53,484 bases of DNA, filler included, from Basidiobolus ranarum (GCA_040143965.1; 4 parts of 4 records of this genome joined end to end with filler, not necessarily neighbours in it), one strand, 5' to 3'. Positions 11,170 to 23,470 are shown, counted from the first letter of the whole stretch. Notes: generated from the sequence alone by a model not told the origin. Numbers and translations are program-made.

Positions 11170-12496
11170 TGTTTACGTCCTGCGACGTCAGGTTGGGTGT
11201 TGATTTATCGTTGATGTTTGATGGAATGCTGAAGCAAGGAATCAAGTAAATATACGCTCTTATATACTTCTAATGGACTCACCACCTCCAATTACAACCA
11301 TAACTGATGTTTCATGCTGCTCTCGTGAACTACTCTAAACAGTAGCCTGTTAGGCAATCTGCTGAGGATAAAAGCTTCGAAATCATGGCTTATGATAGGA
11401 ATTGCTGACTTGGCTAGATCTAAGCATGAGAAAGATGAGCTGGCTGATCAGATCAAGTTTGAATCACATGTCTAAAAGTGGTCATATTCATCATATGAAA
11501 ATTCGAAAAAGGAGCAGCATTTTAAATGTCAAGAAAACATAAGTCAAGCAAAGATCTAATTCGCCATTCCTTCCTACAAATATGGAATTGACCAAACACC
11601 GAATCCATAACAAATGAAAGTAATCACCAGGATTGTGAGGTAGGTACTCTATTTTAGGTACACGAGGATGGCTTTATCGCATGTTCATAAATCTTGGTTC
11701 AGTTTTGAAATAGAGGTTGGACTTGTACTTTTCCTTCCTATCCCATCATTAAGTAACCGCATTAACCACATGTTATAACCTATGGAATCGTCATTTCTCC
11801 ATATGCTTCTACAAACTAATACGAATCACCTTTCGTAATCCGTTCAAAATCGAACTGATTGAATGCGCAAATTAGCTACGTGCGCAGTATAATTGAATAA
11901 TGTAAGCAACTAGAGATATGGGATAATGGTCAATTATCCCAATTTGGCAACTATTTTGGTTGATTTTAAATACAAATCAGCCGACAATTCATTCTAATCA
12001 ATTAGTTCAAATTACACTATTGCTCTAAACTGATTCATTTTTTTTCATGCATTTTCTTGGGGTGAATATTTTGTTAATTACACTACCTTATAGCATTCAC
12101 ATTGTCACACTGCTCAAGCAGAGACCAAATGATTGTTCTTATATTATGAAGGTGCTTCTACCAAATGTTAGGGATGATTGTGCTCTTATATACAGTATGG
12201 TGAATGAATCAGTTTTGAGCACACCACATGCCTTACACTCAAATTATGTATTATCTGATACATGTGGAAACTCATTATTACATAAGAGCAAACATTCCAA
12301 TATCATGGCTGTAGTAATGGTCACTACATACCCCATATGAGCCTTGCTGTATAGTACCAAGTATATCTTGGACTAGTCATGATTGTTGCTTAGTATTGTA
12401 CTAAAATAACATAAGGAAAATACATTAATGTGCTTATATTAGAGCAACTTTGATATTGGCTTATACATATAGAAATTGCTACTTTCAAGGCCTTGG

Positions 12497-12700
12497 TGTT
12501 GAAGTAATTGGGAGCCTGTTGTAGGTGATTTGGAGCATTAAAGAAATTGGTGGTTTTCACTTATTGATTTATTGATTAGACAGTTGACATACATAGTTTT
12601 GTCAAAATGTAAACAAAGTAATATGTAGAATTTGTTAGGGAAGGTCCCAGTAAAACGTGTGACAAGTTTAGGGCTTCTGACACAAGTTTTAGAAGTATAT
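12497..12700 (-). mobile_element. Truncated 3' LTR fused to the Copia RT fragment
   Basis: Begins TGTTGAAGTAATTGGGAG and matches the first ~200 bp of the repeats at 14653 and 29310. Confidence 0.75.
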
Positions 12701-13162
12701 ATCTGGCCATGTTCCAACCATGATATATATCAAACTACCAACCATATATTGATAAGGAAATTTATGGCTTTCATTTGAATCCACAAATGTCTGATTTAAG
12801 CCATTTTTGGACAAGTACTGATTTGTCTTCATTGGGATAGATACTGGATCACATTCTTCCATTTTAAACTTCTTCAGTATATCTAGGTAATACTTTAACT
12901 GTTTTAAAGATATTATTTGGGCAGCTCTATCTATCTTGATTTGGATTCCAAGATAGTATGTCAGTACACCAAGATCAGTCATTTTGAATTTGGCAGATAA
13001 GTTGGATATGGCTCTCTCCAAACTCTTTAAGTAATTGGTTGCTATAAAAGTTCATCTATATATAAGGCTAATGAAGCTGGGCTTGTCTTGTCTGGCCTGA
13101 AGTAGAGACTATCATCAGCATTAATCTTTTGAAATTAGAGCATTTCCAAAAAAGTGTCTATC
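12689..13162 (-). mobile_element. Ty1/Copia reverse transcriptase relic (stop and frameshift)
   Basis: IDTFLEML*FQKINADDSLYF...LALYIDEL (degenerate YVDD), then KFKMTDLGVLTYYLGIQI...PYQYMVGSLIYIMVGTWPDI. Confidence 0.88.
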
Positions 13163-13257
13163 ACTGCTGCTGTGATGACTGTTGTGATGATTGCTGCTGT
13201 GATGACTGCTGCTGGGATGATTGCTGTGATGACTGCTGTGATGATTGCTGCTGCTAG
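13163..13257. repeat. Short degenerate tandem repeat built of GCT/GTG/ATG triplets (unit ~GCTGTGATGA(C/T)T)
   Basis: Seen directly; translates as AAVITAAIIT repeats on the minus strand. Confidence 0.8.
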
Positions 13258-13339
13258 CCAGGCCAGTAACCATGGGCCCATGTCAAGCATCTCAAAGATT
13301 TTTGTTTTGTAAACCAAGTGCTTTGATTGCCCCCAACTT

Positions 13340-13439
13340 NNNNNNNNNNNNNNNNNNNNNNNNNNNNNNNNNNNNNNNNNNNNTTAATTAATTAANNNNN
13401 NNNNNNNNNNNNNNNNNNNNNNNNNNNNNNNNNNNNNNN
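13340..13439. other. Artificial contig linker N44-TTAATTAATTAA-N44
   Basis: Identical 100-bp spacer carrying stops in all six frames; occurs three times. Confidence 0.97.
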
Positions 13440-14636
13440 CTACGTGCAGTTAGTCCAACTTATTGACAAATTGGACTCCTAGTCACATTGAAAGCCATCA
13501 AACAAAGTCAGGATAGCATCTCGAATCTTGGAAAGATGAGGATGGAGTCATGTGTCACCACTCTTGCGAAGATCTTTCGGAGATGGGTCTCAGATATTTG
13601 TATTAGCCTCACAAATACCCATGAACTTTGAAGGCACTGAGGATTGAAAATTTCGGAAAACCAGAAAGACTCTAAGGCGTTCCATAAGCGGGGCCTTTTC
13701 ACAAGCCCTGTGATTACGAAAATGTGCCTTGCGAAAGGAGCAACCTTTTGAATACTTGGCTCACGACGTTGAAGCTGCTATGCTTAATGTGAAATATCCA
13801 TGTCTATACCAATACATCGATTCCCATACTATGAGCATCACCAATACATCGACTCCCATCAATTGAATTTCAAGAGCTCTTAGATGGAGTAAGGTTTCAC
13901 AGATAAGATCTCATAGATCGTACTACTAACTGCCATCAGAAACCTCTACATATCTTCTCCATGCTTAGAGTGGCTAACTCAACATTGATGTAAGTCAGTT
14001 TGCATCACATAAATTAATTTCATACATACACTTTCACTGGTGGTGCATTGCTGGATGTTATTCCACCAAGGATTCCAAACGCTACTGATGTGTTTGTATC
14101 ACTACCGCACAAATGCGACAGGACTATCTGACTGCCTCAGCTTCTGCATTAACACATATGGAGCAACATGTCAAAGTTATATCACATGTTCTCCAATTTT
14201 GCAGCCCAAATGAAGCGGGAATGGTGGTGCTACTTGAAATTCGTACTGCTCATTTGAAAAACCACTGACTATAGTCTAATTCCTTTGTGGCTTTACGAAA
14301 TAATCCGATAAAGACCAGATTCTCTACCAGATAATCTGTTATTTGAAAAATAATCTTTAGATGTCTTTTAGATCGAGGATATGCTTGTTAGCTGGTGTTT
14401 GGATATTGTTCGAACATTAGGGATTGATTGATGATCAAGAGCTTGATTCGAATATTGGTAAGCTAATGAGTGCCAACCAATATGGATGGAATGTGATGTA
14501 CCATATTGCGGGTAAGAGTTTCAACCCAGCAGAGATACTATCAAAATGTAGTGATGCTCTAGAAAACAGATGGGTTGATAGTGACAAGGCAAGTAGTAGC
14601 AAGTCTGTTGAAATACTGGTTTATTCACCTAATTAA
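13440..14636 (+). mobile_element. Possible highly decayed retroelement pol remnant
   Basis: Only short motif resemblances: YLAHDVEAAMLNV (~13755-13790, RT-like) and YHIAGKSFNPAEILSK (RNase H end-like HIPGxxNxxADxLSR). Confidence 0.25.
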
Positions 14637-14652
14637 TCATGTATTAGACCCA

Positions 14653-14980
14653 TGCTGTAAGTATTTTGGGAGTTTGTTGGAAGTGGTTTGGAGAACTAGA
14701 AGAATTGACTGTTCTCACTTATTGATTTATTGAGTGGAAAGTTGACATTTATAGTTTTGTCAAAGGGTAAACAAAAAACGTGTAGAATGTGTTAAGGAAG
14801 GTCCCAGAAACATATGTGCAAACTTTGGGGCCTCTAGGACAGGTTTGAACAATGTATATATCTGAGAACCTCTCAGTAAATTCTTCTTGAGAGCAGTGAG
14901 TGATATCTTGGTTCAATATGGAATAAGTAAATACTAAGCTATATATGACTATAGATGTTTAGGCTACGTTAATTTCAACA
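14653..14980. mobile_element. Solo LTR (~328 bp), Copia-associated family
   Basis: TGCTGTAAGTATTTTGGGAG...AATTTCAACA, collinear with 29310-29630. No clean target-site duplication. Confidence 0.8.
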
Positions 14981-16063
14981 CTTACCACATTAGAATAACA
15001 AAATTGGAATACACCACAGTTATCTTGCTATCTTAAAACTATGCAATCTTCAAATTCATCCTTTTAGCACCCCCTAATCTAGTAAAAGCAGAAGTATCCT
15101 ATATTGTGAGCCAGAATACACATCTTAACCTCCCTGACTTTGGAGACACAACTTGACAATGCTAGGTGAACCCCTACTCATCAAATAGAATCACCTCGAT
15201 GAAAATCCTACTTTATATCCGAAAATCCTGAATGCTTCTTGGTTGCCAAGACTTCAAACTGAAACCTAGAGCATTCATTGTTGAAACTCACACCCCTCTA
15301 TTCGATTCTCAACGAAGTTAGTATGTTGGCCTAGATTTGTTTAGGCAAATTTTCTAGGATTTCATTGATCGTGTGATTGTGACAGCCTCATTCTAGCCAA
15401 TAGCTTGAGAGTAAATGCAATATGATCGCATTAATATAATATAATATATGAGTATAATGGTGCTCAATACAAAGCATCCACCTCCTGATTGGGTTTCATC
15501 CTTTGGAACTGTCAGCAGTTGTGTGATAAAAATCAAAATTGCGCTTTTCCTGTGAACCTTGGGAAACGGTCACATGAGGGAAGGCTTAGAGGAGTGGCTT
15601 AGCATACTAATTACGTTGAAAGTTTGCTACTTTTAATCTAGATGGTAGCAATAGGGGCTATTATCTGCACAGTTGTAGCTATATTTGTTCATCAACTGAT
15701 GATTCTTCTTTGCTGAGAGTGCGAACTCTTATTATGATCAGGTAGTTTGCACATTAACGAAACAAGCTGCGTAAATTAGCAAACCTACATTGCGTACTTT
15801 TAAAATAGAATGTATTTTCTAATTCGGTGGCTTAGCTCTTTCCATCATCATTGATTTATTGACGTGTATAATCCAATTGGTCCAATTGCGTGTAACTTTA
15901 AATCTTGTAGTTGAAACTGGCTCTGAATATAAATACTTGGCGAAAGAGACCTTTTAGTCTACACCCTTTATCTCGTTCTGAATTTAACCCGGATATAAAC
16001 ACTTACTTTGATCTTTTAGTTCTACTTACGAATATCCTTCAGATTTCCACGCTTGTAAAAAAG

Positions 16064-17863
16064 ATGGCCCAATTCTTTGATTATTCTTCAGAAGAAGATA
16101 GCTTCAATGCATACGGCCCTCGTAATGGAGGTCGTCGTTCCAAGACGGTGCTGGATATACTTGGTAGTGACCGCCGTTTTACTCGTCTTTTCACCGGTTT
16201 AACTAACAATCGCCAACTAAAAAATGAACTAACAAACCCCAGAGCTGAATTTACCATTCTTGCGCCAACTGATGAGGCATTTAACAAACTCAAGAAAGAG
16301 TTAAAGCAGGAGCCAAATGAAGAAGAACTTCGTGAGATACTTCAGTATCTGGTCATTCCAGAATATATCGAATCCCGAGATATTAGGAAAAAAAATGCTT
16401 TAGTTAAAACTTCATTGGAGCTAAGGAGCTTGAATAAGCATGCACAACGCATCTATTTAAGTGAGGAGTCAGAGGGAAAGTTACTACTCAATCATAAAGT
16501 TCAAATTTCGGAACCAGATATTGAAGCCTCCAATGGTGTGATTCATGCTATCGAAGAAGTTTTATTGCCTCCCAAAAAGCTGAACGATCAAATCAATCTC
16601 TTCTCTAAACAGTTCTCCATCGCTATAAAAGCATTTAAAGACACCGGATTATTGGATAAAATCAACGATCAAGAGGGAATTACTGTCTTTCTACCCACAG
16701 ATAGTGCCTTTCGTAATCTTGGATGTGAAGCTAATAATTACTTATTTTCTGATGAAGGAAAAGATGATCTCAAGAAAATATTACAACTCCATGTTAGTAA
16801 AAAATTGGCTTATTCTACTTCCATAACTGGCCAAGAGGGTAACGGACGTGGTAGAGATCGTGATGATGAGGATGACGATCGCCGAAAACCTGGCCGTGGA
16901 AGAAGAGGTGATGAAGATCACGGCCGTGGGAGAAGGGGCGACGAAGATCATGGCCGTGGAAGAAGAGGTGATGATGATTATGGTCGTGGAAGAAGGAGAG
17001 ATGATGATTATGGCCGTGGAAGAAGAGGCGGTGGTCATGAAGATGATGACGACTATGGTCGCGGTAGAAGACATGGTGGTGAGCGCGATAACTACCCAAG
17101 ACGAGGAAGAGGTGGTTATGATGATGATGATGATTACGGCCGTGGCAGAAGACGTGGAGGATTTGAGGATCATCCCAGAAGACCCGATCGAGGTTATGAT
17201 GACGATGATGATTATAACCGAGGTTACCCAAGAAGACGTCCTGGACGCGGAGGTCGTTATGAAGATGAAGATGATTTCCCCCGGAGAAGAGATGAAGATT
17301 ATAACCGTCCCGGTCACGGCCGTCGTGGAGGTTGGAATGAAAATCCCTCCGAAGGCCGTCACCCAGGACGTGGAAATCAGCGTCGTGATTGGGACTCTAA
17401 TGACGAAGATTGGAGTATCTCATCTCAAGAACTTGAATCTCAGGGAAAATCATCAAAAGGTGGAAATCGTGAAAGAAGAGGCCACAGAGATTGGGATGAT
17501 GAAGATGATGAAGATTGGGACCGTCACGGTCGAGGATCTCATGATGATTGGGATGAAGATGAAGATGAAGACTGGGGTAAACGTCGCAGAGGTGACCGTC
17601 ATGGCCGTGATCGTGATCATCACGAGTCTTTTGAGAATCGTGTCCAGCTGCCTACCTCTCTTAGAAACGAAGATATCGAGATTGATGTGGTGGGTTCGAA
17701 GAAATACATTGACATCAATATCAATCATCAAGCCCGCGTATTGCTTAGTGATGGCCTCGCATCTAACGGCGTTTTCCATGCCATTGATAATGTGTTACTT
17801 CCTAAAAATGTCAATCTACCTAAACTTTCATGGTTCAATATTAACCAAGATTGTAAAATTTAA
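16064..17863 (+). CDS. Fasciclin (2x FAS1) protein with a large R/G/D-rich low-complexity insertion in the second FAS1 domain
   Basis: FAS1-1: FTILAPTDEAF ... DIEASNGVIHAIEEVLLP. FAS1-2: ITVFLPTDSAF...ILQLHV [insert] ...DGLASNGVFHAIDNVLLP. First ATG is at 16064. Confidence 0.88.
   Translation: MAQFFDYSSEEDSFNAYGPRNGGRRSKTVLDILGSDRRFTRLFTGLTNNRQLKNELTNPRAEFTILAPTDEAFNKLKKELKQEPNEEELREILQYLVIPEYIESRDIRKKNALVKTSLELRSLNKHAQRIYLSEESEGKLLLNHKVQISEPDIEASNGVIHAIEEVLLPPKKLNDQINLFSKQFSIAIKAFKDTGLLDKINDQEGITVFLPTDSAFRNLGCEANNYLFSDEGKDDLKKILQLHVSKKLAYSTSITGQEGNGRGRDRDDEDDDRRKPGRGRRGDEDHGRGRRGDEDHGRGRRGDDDYGRGRRRDDDYGRGRRGGGHEDDDDYGRGRRHGGERDNYPRRGRGGYDDDDDYGRGRRRGGFEDHPRRPDRGYDDDDDYNRGYPRRRPGRGGRYEDEDDFPRRRDEDYNRPGHGRRGGWNENPSEGRHPGRGNQRRDWDSNDEDWSISSQELESQGKSSKGGNRERRGHRDWDDEDDEDWDRHGRGSHDDWDEDEDEDWGKRRRGDRHGRDRDHHESFENRVQLPTSLRNEDIEIDVVGSKKYIDININHQARVLLSDGLASNGVFHAIDNVLLPKNVNLPKLSWFNINQDCKI
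16828..17625 (+). repeat. Coding tandem repeats (30-nt unit, GRGRRGD[ED]D[HY]) decaying into DY/DW-acidic and RG-basic blocks
   Basis: Near-perfect GGCCGTGGAAGAAGAGGTGATGAAGATCAC-type units at ~16891-17030. Confidence 0.9.
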
Positions 17864-18643
17864 GTTGGGTATCGAGAATCCAAGATTGCCATTGATTAGC
17901 TATGCGTTTAAACTGCCACAGGAGAAAGCCAACGATCCCCTTAGTTCTTATGTCATTGTATTTTCTTATTGTAAGCACTATTGCCTAAATCACAAACCCT
18001 GATAAATATATTTGGTAGTAATTCCGTTTTCATTATTTGCGATTCCTGCATGATGGTTGGTGTCTTACCTCTGCCAGGGGAACACCCATGGTAATGTTCC
18101 TATTGCAAGTGTATTTTGCAAGCTGTGCTATGATCAAAATGTTTCGGGACAGCGATGATCAGCGGTTTTTTAACATTTTAATTCAACCTTGGAGGATCCC
18201 CGTGTGTCTTTATATCTTAGTTATATAGTGTGATATATATTGAAGTACCTTGCTCACTGATGTACGTACACCTCGTGGACATGTGAACATCATGGATAAT
18301 CAGAAACATGACAAAATCTGTACATGAAATACCGTCTTACTTACGAAAATATAGACACTTGGTATAGAGTTCACGAGGTATTTAAGGGGAACGTGAAGTA
18401 GTGTGTGCATTGGCGAGGAACTGTCCCTATCATCATATCGTTACAACTTGCAGAGAAGCACCAACCGAAAATATAAGCAGGAAACTCGAGCTGACATACT
18501 CTTAGTTCCAAGAGGTTCTTTAGTTATATAAAGCTAGCTTTTGTCTAGTCATCACGGAAGGTTCTCTCCTTACTCCAGCCTGGCTTTGTTGAAATTCATT
18601 ACTACACCAATTTACCACCGAACGTAACATTCGACTTTAATTC

Positions 18644-19093
18644 ATGTCTAGAGGGATGCGTCGAATTCAGCGCAACTTTGTATTCTTTTATTTGATGGTA
18701 TTTTTGTGTAATTTTGGCATTCTTGTTGATACACAACAATTACCAGCAGTTGGTCTATCATCTAGTTCTACTGCAACCAGTGCCACTGACAAGCTGGAAG
18801 TTAGTAAACGTATAGAAACACTCCAAACTGGAATGGCAAATACGGCTCCTCAACCCCCACTCGTCACGGAGACAACTACAATCCTTATATTGCCAACTAT
18901 TTCAGCTTCAAGTACAGGCCATACACATAATGGTCCAATGCATACACACTCTGAATTGAAATCTTCCACGCATACAGCCAGCGCTGTGTATGTTGATACG
19001 GCAGCCTCACCTCGGGCCATCAATGCATGCAACATAAATCAGCCCATAATGAGCTTACTTATATTAAGTGCAGGGTACATAGTATTCAGTTGA
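18644..19093 (+). CDS. Small secreted / possibly GPI-anchored Ser/Thr-rich protein, unknown function
   Basis: Hydrophobic N-terminus, S/T-rich body, hydrophobic C-terminal tail (IMSLLILSAGYIVFS). TATATAAA at ~18526. Confidence 0.55.
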   Translation: MSRGMRRIQRNFVFFYLMVFLCNFGILVDTQQLPAVGLSSSSTATSATDKLEVSKRIETLQTGMANTAPQPPLVTETTTILILPTISASSTGHTHNGPMHTHSELKSSTHTASAVYVDTAASPRAINACNINQPIMSLLILSAGYIVFS

Positions 19094-20482
19094 AAATCTC
19101 AATGAAAAGGTAGCAGTAATTAAATACGGTCTAAAGACGAATGAAATTGGATTTTCCGGTGATTTTGAGATTCATATAGAACAACAAGGATACCAACATA
19201 ATAGCCACATCTACTTAATATTAGGAATGTGAGGCGTATGCAGCTTTCTGTTGCTACGATACTTATTTGGTCTCTTGAAAATTGCCCTGCCCTGCTTTCC
19301 TAGCAATTAATTGTAAATAAACTGACTTCAAATGTGAGCAACTATTGGTGGGTATGTAGTAATAGTTCGTCCTTCAGCAGCTTACTTATCTTGCGGAGAA
19401 CTCTGAAGAAAGCTCTGTTGAACTAACATTTCCTTTGGTTACATCAGTGTTAAGGGAATTAGGATATTTATATCTACATCTCCTGCCACAAAAATTGCAG
19501 GTTATCTCAAATCAACCCTGCTGGCATGCTCGGTTAACTCTAGAGACTCAATAGAGGTACGGAAAATCATATACACCTAGTTCTCTGCTGCTCTGACTTC
19601 AGCAATATGAAGCCCCATCAACTGTAGCAGCAGAAAAATATAACTACAGAACACTGAAGTATCAACAAAGCGCATCTTATTTTAAATTGCCAGCCATGCA
19701 ACCTAAGCACGAGCTTTCTCGTAGATTCTCATAACAGTTGCATGTTGTGTCAGATGCAATGAAGCTACCCTAGCCTAGATTGACATCGTCTTCATGTTAA
19801 GTATGATCTTATTACAATAAGTATTTCATATGATCGAGGCAGGATCAATGGTAAACCTCTTTCCACACGTAAAACCAACATCGCCTGATGGCTATATAAT
19901 ATGATGTGTTGAAGATGTGTATAAATTAACAATCCCTCAATGTACAACTACATGTAGCCAATACATATGTTATCGCAAGCAAGCATCTGATTCGCGTCTG
20001 TTGGCCAACATTCTGCATAGATTTTAGGGATTTCTTCAATGTCGATTAAGGACTTCAACGTTACAGTGTATGCACATATGCATATAGAGATTATTGTGAA
20101 TACTTCGATTATCAACTACAGCTGCTAATATTGAAAAAACGGTTCTTAATCTCTGGATCCGAGCTTGTCTTGCTCTAATTGCATCCACTTCTGTTATCCT
20201 TGTCATTATATAGGTAATTTTCCTTGCATCATTCGCTTTTAATGGTACTTGTTCTGAAGGATATCAACCGTTACTAAATATTGTTCAGCCTTGACTAGCG
20301 TAGTGTACTCTTCATATCTCTTCTGCCTCATAAAAACTCAGTCTTCATCCAACTGTATCCCTTTTTCTTACTCTGACTCATCATATACCAGTGTTACAGT
20401 TCATAATCTCAATATTGAGTGTTGCATCTTTCTCTTAATTGCTCTAAAATTACTTGCGAAAACTCGATTTTTGTACACAGCT

Positions 20483-21469
20483 ATGAACTCTTTTAAAAAG
20501 GTATTTCGGAAGTCAAAGTTATCTGGGGACCTTGGAAATAGTCCTATAGGAAATGTGAATTTTTCACCAACGACACCGTACACACTTCAGAATAGATCTT
20601 CTGACCAAGTGGAGTTGAGAAAAGGGGTGTATACTATGCAAGCACCCTATACTTCTTTACCCTCTTCGACTAGTTCACTCTCTAACTTACTGACTCCATC
20701 GACTTCAAAAAGTACTCCATCTTTATCTATCAAAGGGTATTCTAACGAATGTGAGGATTTTTCTGCTTGGGTACCTTATCAAAGTACAGACAAAACAAAT
20801 TCTTCAACCTCCACTTTAGCTGATGGATATGTTCAAAAAGCTATACATTGTCACGAAAGGAACGAGTTAGAGAAAGCTGCTCATTTTTTTAGACTTGCTG
20901 CTTGCCAAGGATCACCAGTGGGATTGTTTCTGTATGGGATATCATTAAGGCATGGATGGGTAAGGAAATTCAGCAAACGGATTGATTTTAGATTCTTTTC
21001 CTGTTCCTAGATGAAATAGATCTAGACACATCAAGATATTCACAATCTCACCAACCTTACTAAACTGGTGATTCTCTAGGGATGTAAGGCAAATCCTCAA
21101 GTGGCATTTCAATGTCTTCAGAAAGCGGCTGAGTGTGCAGTATTTGATTTAAATAATTTAACTAACAATACAAATCTCTCGGCGGCAAAACACGAATTAG
21201 TACTAGCCATCTATGAGCTCGGTGTTTGCTTCCAAAATGGGTGGGGTGTATCTAAAAACAAAGCCACTGCAGCGTATTATTTCGAAATTGCCGCGAATTT
21301 AGGTGATCCTGATGCTCAAAATGATTTAGCTTTTTGCTATCTTCATGGGCATGGAGTGAAGAAGGACCAATACAAGGCTGCTAAATATTATCGAATGGCA
21401 TATGCACAAGGACTAGGCGTGGTGGGAAACAGCTGGATATTCAAAGACAAGTATGATAATATTGCCTAG
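20483..21469 (+). CDS. Sel1-like repeat protein (Dsf2-like); 2 exons (20483-20959, 21080-21469)
   Basis: LYGISLRHGW|GCKANP, YELGVCFQNGWGV, DAQNDLAFCYLHGHGVKKD. Intron 20960-21079 is in frame. Confidence 0.88.
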
Positions 21470-22693
21470 GCTTGCAAATAACGGTTTCTTGTGTTTCTTT
21501 GACCCTATTATATCTTCAGCTCTCTAAGAGCTCCATATACATATTATCTTTCTGTAAACTTCTTTCACTTCATTCAACCTATTTACAGCACTCAATTTGT
21601 CATAAGCTGTTTGAGGTTCTTACAGTTTTTCATCCCACATCATCTTAACTTTGACAAAACTATAAAACCTTGGTAAATTGTCAACATAGGCAAATGCAAT
21701 ATTATTTCATACATAAATCATGACTTCCATTTGTGTTTCAATCGTTATCCGCAAGGGTAGCTTTCGTTTATCTCGTCTCTTTCCGGTGTTGGAAGTCAAT
21801 CTACTATAAACCCATGATATTGTAGGTTGGCTTTGATTATGGTTTGAACAGAATGAAGGTTTTCTGCGGAAAGAACTATTCCCAGTAAAGAGTGAGAGAT
21901 ACAATTTCTCAATATATTTAAACTATAGGCTGAATATTTGCCTTTCTCAAGGTCAGTTTGTCTGACTAATGGCAGTATACACTTTAGTACATTTCGATAT
22001 AGCCACCGTATTACTAGCTGGATACACGACTTTTGTTATCTAAATGAGCGTATACTACTGTCCTCATCACCATCATTGTTTATTAAAAAAAATGAATCTC
22101 AGTGTGCGACTCAGTCTTGTACTAATCACTGCACCGACTACACACCGACTACATCAATCCATGCTAATTTAATAAATCGAGTGAAGGCCTAATGATGGAA
22201 TACTACGAATAATAGTGACCTACTACCATCTCTATGGTATTATTTATAGGCTCAGACCTTTTCAAATTAGAACTACTTATTTCAACAGGGTGGATCACGC
22301 TGCAACTTGACGTAGAGCAGGTGGTCCTTCTGGGTATATCCTCCTGGATTCTAACCAGGGGTATAGCCTACAAATGAAAAGGTGTGCAAAATTTCTTGAA
22401 GTCTGTCATGCGACAACCAAAGTGATATACCAAACAAATATCAATTTCAGCGGCACAAGCTCATGAAAGGCTCTCCTGTTAATTGTTGCTTGGAGTGATT
22501 TTTCTTGGTAACTTTATAGCATTGGTGGGATCATAAATCTTGTAACAACTTGATTGGTACCGATTGTATATACTAGGTTGTATCACAGGACGAAGAACCA
22601 AAAGGTGTGCATAGCAGCATTGAGTTTAGGAAGCCTTTAATTATAAAGCGCTCTCCCTCCGAGTCACATATGTTTTTGTTTCTTTTCCTTGAG

Positions 22694-22915
22694 TCAGCTT
22701 TTGGACAGTTCTCTTCCTGGTTCAACCGAATTATCAAAGAAAGAGCCGAAGAAGAATATAAACACGCCCAAAAATTAATAAACTACCAAAATCAACACGG
22801 GGAAGGATGGTTCTTCAACAAATTCCTATTCCTAGTAATGATGGGTAGTCGGCTCAGAATACAGTCATAGCAACTCCTCAGCTAGAAAAAGAAATGAACA
22901 AACTGCGGTCAACTA
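22694..22915 (+). pseudogene. Ferritin (eukaryotic H-type) pseudogene fragment
   Basis: IKERAEEEYKHAQKLINYQNQHG / 1-nt frameshift at ~22800 / GRMVLQQIPIPSNDG*SAQNTVIATPQLEKEMNK. This matches ferritin EEREHAEKLMKYQNxRGGRIVLQDI...ALQLEKxVN. Confidence 0.8.
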
Positions 22916-23470
22916 TTCACATCCAAGTAGATGGTTCTAGATCAGGCATACTTTTTCCTTGAATTGTTAGAGAGCAAGTTTCCCATTATACAACAATTGG
23001 GTGTAAATCTCATTGCTATTGGCAGATACAAAATGTGATAGCACTCAATAATTATATGAAAAGTCATGTTATCATTATCAAGAGCATTCATCCTGAAACA
23101 CTTTGTTGAAGAGCATACATTCAGATCTCTGCGGACTGTCGAGAGGCTCGCGAAACCTCGCAATATCGTACCTGTGAGATGCACTATTACCTAGTAAACT
23201 GTTCCCAAACAATTGGCTATGTGAAAGAAATAAACCAAAAATCTGAACATTTAACTCAATCTACTAACTACTAAACACATCCAATCTATGGTATATAATG
23301 TTTTGATCTGTTTGTTGATATTTTTTTCGAATACCTTATTCTGTATAGGTCTGGATGATTTTTATTGACTGTTAAATATAATTATTGCAAATGCAGTCTC
23401 ATCAAATATACTGGTAAACTTTCTTATCGTCCCTTTCTTCTAAATAAAACGGGTATTAGTAAATAGGAGG

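Noticed and set aside
13135-13317. 60-aa hydrophobic ORF with AAVIT repeats as a membrane peptide
   Set aside because: It is the translation of a simple repeat inside a Copia relic.
13384-13395. TTAATTAATTAA palindrome as a biological site
   Set aside because: It is embedded in N runs identically three times, so it is a synthetic linker.
16891-17030. CRISPR-like repeat array
   Set aside because: These are contiguous in-frame coding repeats with no unique spacers or cas genes, in a eukaryotic context.
16781-18002. Long overlapping ORFs (384-aa Met/Val-rich on +; 193-aa and His-rich 138-aa on -)
   Set aside because: These are shadow frames of the GAT/GGT/AGA-rich repeat in the fasciclin gene, with no independent motifs.
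19420-19677. Decayed secreted-protein gene on the minus strand
   Set aside because: A signal-like start appears only after assuming a frameshift; there are multiple stops and no recognisable family.
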